Shown here: in pieces, positions 8,678 to 16,735 of the stretch | How the letters are laid out: every line of letters begins with the position of its first letter | Position numbering within the stretch: position 1 is the first letter of the stretch | Source of the DNA: Ideonella sp. | Lineage (GTDB): Bacteria > Pseudomonadota > Gammaproteobacteria > Burkholderiales > Burkholderiaceae_C | Assembly: GCA_039807955.1 (NCBI GenBank) | Contig: JBDHSE010000001.1 | Coordinates: 1 to 43,893 of the forward strand | Reading direction: 5' to 3' | Length of the DNA: 43,893 nt | Translations under genes and position numbers: made by a program | Notes under the pieces: model-generated | Told to the model about the DNA's origin: nothing | Seen by the model: the letters and a program-made list of their open reading frames with translations, nothing else | The model's database searches: none

Positions 8678-11121
8678 CCGAGCAGACCAAGAAGATCGTT
8701 TTGCCGCCGCACCTGTCGCGGCGGCTGGAGGCGTTCCGGATCGTCAAGGACGGCGAGCAGAGCTACGTGCTGCGCGACAAGCTGCACGGCGAGAGCTACG
8801 ACTTCGAGCCCTGGCAGTTCTTCATCCTCGAAGTGCTGCCGGGCTGCGAGTCGCTGCAGCGGCTGCAGACCGCGTTCCAGGACCGCTTCGACCGCACGCT
8901 CACCGAGGAGGACGTTGGCGCGCTCTTCGCGTCGATCGCCGATCGCCAGTTATTCGACGAGAGCGCGGCGCAGCATCCGCTGCTCACGCCCTACATGCAC
9001 GTCACCTACCGCGTCGAGGATGGCAAGGCGATACCCAAGCCGTTCGGCGCCGCCGCAGGCGCACCGGCCCTGGCCGCCGCTCCGGCCGCGGCCGCGCAGG
9101 CTGCCGCGGCCGTCCCCGATCCGGAGGCCGATCTGCCGCCGGGCGTGCAGGATGCGCTCGGCCTGGACTGGCGCACGACGACGCGGATGCTTGGCCTGTT
9201 CGATCCGCGGCCGGTGTTTCGCGTCGTCGGCCCTGTGCTCAGGCCGCTGCGCTACATCACCTACGTCGTGCCGCTGCTGCTGCTCGCCGCGATCCTGATC
9301 GTGTTCCAGTATTCGGAGATCTTCTTCGCGGATCTCGCCAATCTGGCGATCGAGAAGACGCTGGTCGAACACCTGCTGTTCGTCTTCGTGACGGTTCACA
9401 TCGTGACGACGCTGACCGCAGGGCTGGTCGCCGACTCGTTCAAGGTGTCGGTCGAGAAGATCGGCATCACGCTGACGATGTGGGTCCTGCCGCGCTGGGT
9501 GCTCAAGATGAACGGTGCCGACCGGCTCAATCGCACCCAGACGATGTGGCTGCACGGTTCGACGCTGATCGCCCGCATGGTGATGTTCAGCGCCGGCGTG
9601 CTGATCTGGTTCAACTCGCGCGACAGCGACAGCGGCTTCGCGACCTTCGGCTTGCTGCTCGGCTTGGCGTGTGCCGCCGGCCTGCTGCTCGAGTCCGGCA
9701 ACCCGCTGATCAAGGCCAACGGCTACTACCTGTTGTCCGCGTACCTGGACGAACCGCATCTGCGCGGCAAGGCCTTTGCCGCGCTGCTGAACAAGTTCAA
9801 AGGCGGCGTCTACCGCGCGGCGGACAGCAATCTGCTCGCGCTCTACGCGTTGGCATCCGCGACCTACGTCGTCTTCATCCTGCTGCTGGTCGGCTGGCTG
9901 ATCACGAAGTATCTGGTCGTCGATCTGGCGCTCGGCGGTTCAGGGGTGGTCATCGTGATCGCCTTCCTCGCGCTGATGGCGTGGCGCAATTACGTCGGTC
10001 TCAAGCAGTTCGGCGAGACCTACGCGAAGAAGGCCCAGTTCGACCGCTGGCGCAGCCGGACCTTGCCGAGCGAAGTTGTCCAGGGCGAGGTCAAGCCGCG
10101 GAAGAGGCGCTACTGGACGACGGCCGCGATCGTCTGCCTGATCCTGGTGCTGTTCATCCCCTACAGCTACGAGGCGGGCGGCCCGTTCGTCATCTACCCG
10201 ACGCAAAAGCAGGTCATCTCGACCGACGAGTCGGGCCTGGTCGAGGCGGTCTACTTCGATGGCGGTGAATCGGTCAAGCAGGGCACGGTGATCGCGCGCC
10301 TGGCGCACGAGGACTACGACGCGAAGATCAAGGTGCTCGACGCGAAGATCGACGAGCAGGCGGCTGTTCTCAGGAATCTCGAGACCCTGCCCCGTCCCGA
10401 AGAGGTCAAGCTCGCGAAGGAGGCGCTCGAGGTGCAGCGCACGCGCGAGGCGTTCAGCCGCGAGAAGGCGCCGCGACTCGAGAAGATGTACAGGGCCGGC
10501 GCCGTTTCGTTCGAGGAGTACGACGCCGCGCGCAAGGAACACATGACCGACGTGCAGCAGGTCGCGCAGAAGGAGGCCGAACTCGCGCTCGTGAAGGCGC
10601 CGGTGACCGCAGCGCAGATCGAGGCCGCCGAGGCCAAGCTCGTCAGCCTGAAGGAGGAGCGTGCGACGTTCGTCGCCAAGCTCGATCGCACCGTGCTGCG
10701 AATGCCTTTCGACGGCAACATCCTGACGCTGCACCTGAAGGACAGGATCAACAGCTTCCTGGAGAAGGGCACGCCGTTCGCGGCGCTCGAGTACACCGGT
10801 GTCGTCACTGCCGAGATCGATGTCCCCGAGCCGGACATCGAGTACGTGAAGCTCGGCGCGACCGTCCGGCTGCGCCCGTCGTCGTTCTACGACGACAAGG
10901 AATTCGAAGGCAAGGTGACGACGATCGACCGCAACGTCACGGTCAAGCCGACCGGCAACGTCATCAAGGTGATCGCGACGATCGAGAACCGGGCGGGGCA
11001 GTTGAAGACCGGCATGACCGGCCGCGCGAAGATCGAGGGCGTCACGATGCCGGTCTGGCAGGCGTTCACCCGAAGCGTCGCCCGCTTTTTCAAGATCACG
11101 GTCTGGTCGTGGATCCCCTGA
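8674..11121 (+). CDS. Fusion protein: N-terminal PqqD/RRE-like domain, polytopic membrane domain (degenerate M50-like?) and HlyD-family periplasmic adaptor
   Basis: ATGA overlap with the OMP gene. Residues 1-100 follow a PqqD-like pattern (YVLRDKLHGESYDFEPWQFFILEVLPGCESLQRL...TLTEEDVGALFASIADRQLFDE), then an Ala/Pro linker. Several hydrophobic helices span about 9253-10170, including ESGNPLIKANGYY. The C-terminal third has HlyD barrel-sandwich, coiled-coil and beta-barrel regions (VKQGTVIARL...coiled coil...MPFDGNILTL...GMTGRAKI). Confidence 0.8.
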   Translation: MTEQTKKIVLPPHLSRRLEAFRIVKDGEQSYVLRDKLHGESYDFEPWQFFILEVLPGCESLQRLQTAFQDRFDRTLTEEDVGALFASIADRQLFDESAAQHPLLTPYMHVTYRVEDGKAIPKPFGAAAGAPALAAAPAAAAQAAAAVPDPEADLPPGVQDALGLDWRTTTRMLGLFDPRPVFRVVGPVLRPLRYITYVVPLLLLAAILIVFQYSEIFFADLANLAIEKTLVEHLLFVFVTVHIVTTLTAGLVADSFKVSVEKIGITLTMWVLPRWVLKMNGADRLNRTQTMWLHGSTLIARMVMFSAGVLIWFNSRDSDSGFATFGLLLGLACAAGLLLESGNPLIKANGYYLLSAYLDEPHLRGKAFAALLNKFKGGVYRAADSNLLALYALASATYVVFILLLVGWLITKYLVVDLALGGSGVVIVIAFLALMAWRNYVGLKQFGETYAKKAQFDRWRSRTLPSEVVQGEVKPRKRRYWTTAAIVCLILVLFIPYSYEAGGPFVIYPTQKQVISTDESGLVEAVYFDGGESVKQGTVIARLAHEDYDAKIKVLDAKIDEQAAVLRNLETLPRPEEVKLAKEALEVQRTREAFSREKAPRLEKMYRAGAVSFEEYDAARKEHMTDVQQVAQKEAELALVKAPVTAAQIEAAEAKLVSLKEERATFVAKLDRTVLRMPFDGNILTLHLKDRINSFLEKGTPFAALEYTGVVTAEIDVPEPDIEYVKLGATVRLRPSSFYDDKEFEGKVTTIDRNVTVKPTGNVIKVIATIENRAGQLKTGMTGRAKIEGVTMPVWQAFTRSVARFFKITVWSWIP

Positions 11122-11177
11122 TCGACCTCGTACACGAACCACGCCATCCGCAGCCCTCCCATCGACCAGGAAAGCCC

Positions 11178-12092
11178 ATGTCCGACCTTGCCGCCGTCGA
11201 CACCACCTACGACCGTTTTGCGCACGATCCTGCGTACGTCGCGGCGAACCGCGCCTTTGTCGAGCGGTTGCCGCTGGCGCGCGTCAAACGCATTCTCGAT
11301 CTCGCCTGCGGCACCGGCGCGGTCGGCCAGTTGATGCTCGCCGCCGCGCCCGAGGCGGGCCTGTACGGCATCGATCTGGACCCGGTGCAGATCGATCTCG
11401 CGATCGAGAACTACACGCAGCTCGGCTTCACGGTGCGGCGCATCGACGGGCCCGCCGGCAGCCTGCCGGTGCAGCGCGGACGGCAGGTGGACCTGGCCGT
11501 GGGTTCGGCGACCGAGCTGCCGTTCGCGCCGGATTCGTTCGACTGCGTGATGATCGCCAACGCGATCCACCTCATCGACGACAAGGTGGCGCTCGCTGCA
11601 TCGATCGCCCGCATCCTCGAGCCGGGGGGCATCTTCGCGTTCAGCTCGGGCTTCTACGCCGGCTGCTGGCCGGCGGTGACGCAGCAGGTCTATACCGAAT
11701 GGCTGAAGGAGGCGACGGCGTGGATCGCGCGCTACAGCGCCGAACGCGTCGCTGCCGGCGAGCCGCCGATTCGGCGCGTGCGAGGCAAGTCGCGGCTGTC
11801 GCCGGTGGCTTACGGCAACCGCTGGTTGACACCCGACGAGTGGCGCCAGATGCTCTTCGAGCAGGGTTTCGAGGTCAGCGACCTGAACCAGCGCGCGGTG
11901 TGGTTCAACCATCGTTCACTCGCATCGGTCGGCGCCTACAGCGGACTGGCCGAGGCGCAGCTGAGCGGCTATCCGGTCGAACTCGCATCCAGGGCACTTG
12001 CCGAGACGGCCGCGCTGGCGCTCGAAAGCGCGGGCGTGACCGAGGTCCAGCACAACTGGATCGAGATTTGTGCGCGTCGGCGTGAGGCCTGA
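11178..12092 (+). CDS. Class I SAM-dependent methyltransferase
   Basis: Motif I ILDLACGTGAVG, post-I GIDLD, motif II/III FDCVMIANAIHLI...LEPGGIF. Confidence 0.85.
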   Translation: MSDLAAVDTTYDRFAHDPAYVAANRAFVERLPLARVKRILDLACGTGAVGQLMLAAAPEAGLYGIDLDPVQIDLAIENYTQLGFTVRRIDGPAGSLPVQRGRQVDLAVGSATELPFAPDSFDCVMIANAIHLIDDKVALAASIARILEPGGIFAFSSGFYAGCWPAVTQQVYTEWLKEATAWIARYSAERVAAGEPPIRRVRGKSRLSPVAYGNRWLTPDEWRQMLFEQGFEVSDLNQRAVWFNHRSLASVGAYSGLAEAQLSGYPVELASRALAETAALALESAGVTEVQHNWIEICARRREA

Positions 12093-12140
12093 CCGACGAT
12101 ATCTTCAACCATTCCCTTTTCGAGATTCCGGCAGCAACTC

Positions 12141-12449
12141 ATGACGAACGAAACCCCCGCCCCGAAATTCACGCGCGACGAGATCGAGCGCGACATCATC
12201 GCGATCCTGACCGACATGACCGCCGACTGGGATCTGTCCTTCACCGGCGGCATCAAGCCCGACACCCGGCTGATGGCCGATCTGGCGTTCGAGTCGATCG
12301 ACGTCGTGCAGCTCGTCGTCGCGATCGAGGCCCACGTCAAGCGTCGCCATCTGCATTTCGAGAAGCTGCTGATGGCCGATGGCCGCTACGTGCAGGAACT
12401 GCAGGTCAAGCAGATCGCCGACTTCCTCGCGCAGCAGTTCGCCGAGTGA
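12141..12449 (+). CDS. Discrete acyl/peptidyl carrier protein
   Basis: 102 aa. The phosphopantetheine-site-like motif is DLAFESIDVVQLV, with the Ser codon at 12294-12296. This is an atypical E-S-I rather than D-S-L. Confidence 0.75.
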   Translation: MTNETPAPKFTRDEIERDIIAILTDMTADWDLSFTGGIKPDTRLMADLAFESIDVVQLVVAIEAHVKRRHLHFEKLLMADGRYVQELQVKQIADFLAQQFAE

Positions 12450-12489
12450 TGTCGCGAACCCGACCGTCGCGTCTCGACGTCTGACGCCG

Positions 12490-14094
12490 ATGCCCCCAAC
12501 CGGCGCGGGCGGGCAGGTCGCGATCGTCACCGGGGCGAGCAGCGGCATCGGACGGGCCACCTGCATTGCGCTGGCACGGGCCGGTGCGCAGATCGTCGCC
12601 GTCGGGCGCGACGAGGCCCGGCTCGCGGCGACCGCCGATCTGGTGCGCGAGGTGGGTCGCACGCCGGCCGTCGTGCTTGCGCTCGACGTGCGCTCCGAAG
12701 CCGACATGCAACGCATGTCGGCATGCACGCTGGAACGCTTCGGCCGCATCGACGTGCTGGTGCACGCCGCCGGCATCCTGCGCGCGCCCGGGGCGACGCT
12801 GCGCATGCTCGCGCAGCTTGCGACGCCGGAGTGGGACGAGGTGGTCGACATCAACCTGCGCGGCACCTACCTTGCCAATCGCGCGGTGCTGCCGGCGATG
12901 CTCGCTGCGCGCCGCGGCGACATCGTCAACCTCTCGTCGCGATCGGGCCGGGTCGGTATCGCGTTCGACGCGCCGTACTGTGCGTCGAAGTTCGGCGTCG
13001 TCGGGCTGAGCGAGGCGATCGCCGACGAGGTGCGCCCGTTCGGCGTGCGCGTGCAGGTGCTGGCGCCGGGCAAGTTCGACACCGAAGTGCTGCAACAGAC
13101 CGGGCCGCTGCCGCAGCCGGCGGACATCCCGCCACCGGAGCGCGTCGCCGATGCGATCGTCTGGATGCTCTCGATGCCGCCCGACACGCGCTTGCTCAAC
13201 CCTGCCATCGAGCCGACCCGACAGCCCGGGGGCGCGGGATGGGCTCAAGGCCGCGGCGAAGCCGGGCGGCGAACAGGACCGCGTTCTTCTTACCAGGAGT
13301 CAACAATGGAAGCTTCAGCATCGGGCGCCGCCAGGGATCTGCGCGGCAAGGTCGTCGTCGTCACCGGCGGCACCGGCGGCATCGGGCTGGCGACGGCGCA
13401 CGCCGTCGCCGCGCTCGGCGCGGCGGTCGTCGTGGCCGATCTCGACGCCGGGCGCGTCGCCGCCGTCGCCGCCGAAGTAGCGCAGGCGGGTGCGGCCGGC
13501 GGCCTCGGGGTCGCGATCGACGTGCGTCGCGAGGAGGATCACGAGCGGCTGGTCAAGGCGACGCTCGAGCGCTTCGGCCGCATCGATGCGCTGATCGCCT
13601 GCGCAGGCATCCTTCGCAAGCGCGGCACGCCGCCCAAGGTGCTGGTCGACGTCAGCACCGACGAGTGGGACGACGTCATCGCGATCAACCTGAAGGGGGT
13701 GTTCCTTTCGAACCGCGCCGTGCTGCCGACGATGATCGCGCAGCGCAGCGGAACGATCATCAACCTGTCGTCGGTGCAGGGGCTGCAGGGTCGCGCCTAC
13801 GACGGGCCGTACTGCGCGTCCAAGTTCGGCGTCATCGGCCTGTCGCAGGCTGCGGCCGACGAGGTGCGAAGCTACGGCGTGAAGGTGCAGGCGCTTATGC
13901 CGGCAGCCGTCGCGACGCCGATGTGGGAGCAGAACCTGCCGGCGCCGATGCCCGGCGACGCGATACCGCCGGAGCGCGTCGCCGACCTGATCGTCTTCAT
14001 GCTGCTCCAGCCCGAGGACACGATGATCGTCGCGCCGGTGATCGCGCCGCTTGGCGCGCGCAAGCGCAAGGCGGCGGCGAAGCCCGCGCAATAA
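12490..14094 (+). CDS. Tandem double short-chain dehydrogenase/reductase (two complete SDR units in one frame)
   Basis: Unit 1 has TGASSGIG, NLSS and YCASK. Unit 2 has TGGTGGIG, NLSS and YCASK. No stop codon lies between the units. An internal AGGAG-N6-ATG sits at 13295-13308. Confidence 0.8.
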   Translation: MPPTGAGGQVAIVTGASSGIGRATCIALARAGAQIVAVGRDEARLAATADLVREVGRTPAVVLALDVRSEADMQRMSACTLERFGRIDVLVHAAGILRAPGATLRMLAQLATPEWDEVVDINLRGTYLANRAVLPAMLAARRGDIVNLSSRSGRVGIAFDAPYCASKFGVVGLSEAIADEVRPFGVRVQVLAPGKFDTEVLQQTGPLPQPADIPPPERVADAIVWMLSMPPDTRLLNPAIEPTRQPGGAGWAQGRGEAGRRTGPRSSYQESTMEASASGAARDLRGKVVVVTGGTGGIGLATAHAVAALGAAVVVADLDAGRVAAVAAEVAQAGAAGGLGVAIDVRREEDHERLVKATLERFGRIDALIACAGILRKRGTPPKVLVDVSTDEWDDVIAINLKGVFLSNRAVLPTMIAQRSGTIINLSSVQGLQGRAYDGPYCASKFGVIGLSQAAADEVRSYGVKVQALMPAAVATPMWEQNLPAPMPGDAIPPERVADLIVFMLLQPEDTMIVAPVIAPLGARKRKAAAKPAQ

Positions 14095-14436
14095 CGTTCC
14101 AAGCCTGGTTCTTTACGCCATGGTGCGCGCCGCCTGCCGAAACTGATCGGCCCATCCGCGATTCCTTCTGGATTCGTGCATCGGACGAGCGTCGACACGC
14201 GTTCTGTCTGGGCGGCTGGCGCTTCACTTGGCGCTTGCTGCTGCTCGACGTGAAGTACCAAGTCGGTTTGGCCGGCGGATGTCCCGGCGAGCCGTCTCCG
14301 GGCCGGTCTACGCGCGGTTGCGAATGCAGGAACTTGCTGACAAACGCGAGGATCGACCACCCGCGGCGCAATCGGTAGCATTGCACGATGATCGGTGCGC
14401 GACCGCTGATCGAGCGGCCGGCAAGGAGTGAATTCG

Positions 14437-15459
14437 ATGGACGGAAACCTGAAGCTCGTGGCGTCGATTCTCGGGTCGACAATCGCCGTTGCCTCGTGTG
14501 GCGGCGGCTCCAGCAGCACGTCGAGCGTCGCGCCGCCGAACGAGCCGCCGACCGATGCTCAACGCGCGGCGGCGGCCACCGCGACGGCGAACACCAACGT
14601 CATGTGCAACCTGGCGACGCTGGGCCCGTACTACTGGGAGATCGGCGACGTCAATGGCGTCAAGGCATCCGGCTCGCCGTGGGGCGGGCCGACGGCGACG
14701 ACGTCGATGTGGATCTTCTCGTCGTCGAAGTGGCTGTATGCGGCCAATGTCGTGCAAAAGCGCGGCGTCGTCGAGTCGGACGTGCCGTTCCTGAACTTCA
14801 CGAGCGGATACTCGGAATTCGGCAATGCGCCGGTCTGCCCCAACGGCGACACCGTGGAGAGTTGCAAGGCCGACGGCAACGGCCAGGACCCGGCGACCAT
14901 CGGCAGGTTCTACTACGACAGCGGGCACATGCAGCACCACGCCGCGAGCGTGATGGGGCTCGGGCCTTACGATGATGCGGCGCTCGCAGCCGACCTGAAT
15001 GCAACGGTCGGCGACTTCGGCTTCAGCTACACCGTGCCGCAGCTTGCCGCAGGCGTTGTCGCGACGGCGCAGGGCTATGCCGGTTTCCTGCGCCGGGTGC
15101 TGCGCGGGGAACTCGCGATCGGCGCCGCGCTGGGCACGCACAAGGTGTGCACGAACCCGGACATGCCCGGCTGCAACGCGGCCTACTCTCCCGAGTCGGT
15201 TTCCACCGAGTACTGGAACTACTCGCTCGGGCATTGGGTCGAGGACGATCCCAACGTCGGCGACCATGCTTTCAGCAGTGCGGGCGGTGGCGGCTTCTAC
15301 CCGTGGATCGATCGCGACAAGCAGTACTACGGCATTCTGGCGCGGGAACGCGAAATGGAGTCCGAAGCCGGCTATCACTCGGCCCAGTGCGGACGCCTGA
15401 TCCGGCAGGCGTGGATGACCGGCGAGACCGTGCTGAGCACGGTGCCGACGCCCGAGTGA
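14437..15459 (+). CDS. Lipoprotein, beta-lactamase-fold serine hydrolase-like (paralogue A)
   Basis: Lipobox VASC. S-x-x-K motif SSSKW. FTSGYS motif. It is a paralogue of the gene at 19435-20442. I preferred ATG 14437 because AAGGAG lies 8 nt upstream. GTG 14428 is the alternative. Confidence 0.7.
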   Translation: MDGNLKLVASILGSTIAVASCGGGSSSTSSVAPPNEPPTDAQRAAAATATANTNVMCNLATLGPYYWEIGDVNGVKASGSPWGGPTATTSMWIFSSSKWLYAANVVQKRGVVESDVPFLNFTSGYSEFGNAPVCPNGDTVESCKADGNGQDPATIGRFYYDSGHMQHHAASVMGLGPYDDAALAADLNATVGDFGFSYTVPQLAAGVVATAQGYAGFLRRVLRGELAIGAALGTHKVCTNPDMPGCNAAYSPESVSTEYWNYSLGHWVEDDPNVGDHAFSSAGGGGFYPWIDRDKQYYGILAREREMESEAGYHSAQCGRLIRQAWMTGETVLSTVPTPE

Positions 15460-15577
15460 TTGCGTGATGGCGGACTGGGGCTTTCCACCCGGCCCATCCC
15501 GGGTGGTCGGCGCGCCGAGTTCGGGCCAAGAGGGTCGCAGGAACTCCGATTCTTTGTGCCACCGGAGGGAGATGCAT

Positions 15578-16540
15578 ATGTCGATACCGTCCAGATCCGG
15601 GGCCGTTCGCATCGGGCGGTCCGGAGTCCTTCTTCTGACCCTGCTTTGCGCAGCGGCCGCTGCTCCGCCCGTCTACTCGCAACAGCAGGAAGGGATCGGA
15701 GCGCGGCTCAAGCGGCTGCGCGACATCCGCGAGACGCAGCGCGAGAACGAGGCCGCAATCGTCAGCCAGGAGTCGCTCGGCGCGGTCTCCGCCAACAACC
15801 ATACGGATAGCTTCGAAGGGCGCAGGATCATCGTCTACACGCCGACGACGATGCCCGCCATGGGCCAGCGCTCGATGCTGGTCGCCCTACACGGCGGCGG
15901 CGGCAACGCGCAGTTCATGCTCGACCATCTGAAGATCAACGGCGTCGCCGAGAAGAACGGCTTCATCGTCGCCTATCTCGAGGGCAGCGCCGCAGCGAAC
16001 CGCCTGGGCGACCGGCTCAAGGCATGGAACGCCGGCAGCGGCTGCTGCGGCAAGCCTTATACGGACCGCGTAGACGACGTCGGCTACATCACCCGTGCCG
16101 TGCGCTACCTGCAACAGAAGTACGGCGCCGATCCGGCCAGGACCTTCGGTGTCGGGCATTCCAACGGCGCGATCATGATGCAGACGCTCTCCTGCACGAC
16201 GGATCTGTTCAAGAAGGTGGTCACCCTTGCGGGCACGCTGATGGCCGAGGTGAAGACCTGTCCCGACGCCCGCGGTCACACGATCATCAACTACCACGGC
16301 GCCGACGACATCAACCTGCCGATCGCGGGCGGCTTCGGTACGAAGGGCGTCACCAATATCAACTTCACGTCGCAGCAGCAGGCCAAGGAGCGTTTCGAGG
16401 CCGCGGGTGGAACATACATCTTGAAGGTCTTGCCGGGCTCCGATCATTCGATCGAGCACATGAGCCTCGCCGCCAAGCGGCTCGACGGGCTCACGATCGG
16501 CGAACTCGTCGCGCGCGACCTCGGGCTTGCGCCGAGCTAG
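15578..16540 (+). CDS. Secreted esterase, PHB-depolymerase/LpqC (COG3509-like) family
   Basis: Signal peptide present. Motifs LVALHGGGGN, WNAGSGCCG, VDDVGYI and the nucleophile elbow GHSNG. ATG 15572 is an alternative start. Confidence 0.75.
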   Translation: MSIPSRSGAVRIGRSGVLLLTLLCAAAAAPPVYSQQQEGIGARLKRLRDIRETQRENEAAIVSQESLGAVSANNHTDSFEGRRIIVYTPTTMPAMGQRSMLVALHGGGGNAQFMLDHLKINGVAEKNGFIVAYLEGSAAANRLGDRLKAWNAGSGCCGKPYTDRVDDVGYITRAVRYLQQKYGADPARTFGVGHSNGAIMMQTLSCTTDLFKKVVTLAGTLMAEVKTCPDARGHTIINYHGADDINLPIAGGFGTKGVTNINFTSQQQAKERFEAAGGTYILKVLPGSDHSIEHMSLAAKRLDGLTIGELVARDLGLAPS

Positions 16541-16628
16541 GCTCGCGGCGGGGCGGTCGTGGGTGTGCGCGAGCGGCGGTCGAAACGGCATCGCAATAGG
16601 CACCTTTGACGGTGGTCGCGGCAGGGCG

Positions 16629-16690
16629 CCCCCGCAGATGACACCCCCGCAGATGAGGGTTGACTGGCAAAGGCGCTTCGCGCCTACACT
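16629..16690 (+). promoter_or_regulatory. Tandem 13-nt direct repeat abutting a sigma70-like -35/-10 pair upstream of the 16736 gene
   Basis: CCCCCGCAGATGA occurs at 16629-16641 and again at 16644-16656 (15-nt period). It is followed by TTGACT (16660-16665), a 19-nt spacer and TACACT (16685-16690). A GGGAGGG RBS lies at 16722-16728. Confidence 0.35.
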
Positions 16691-16735
16691 GCGGCCGCCG
16701 GTTCGTGACTTTCGACGACAAGGGAGGGATACGTC

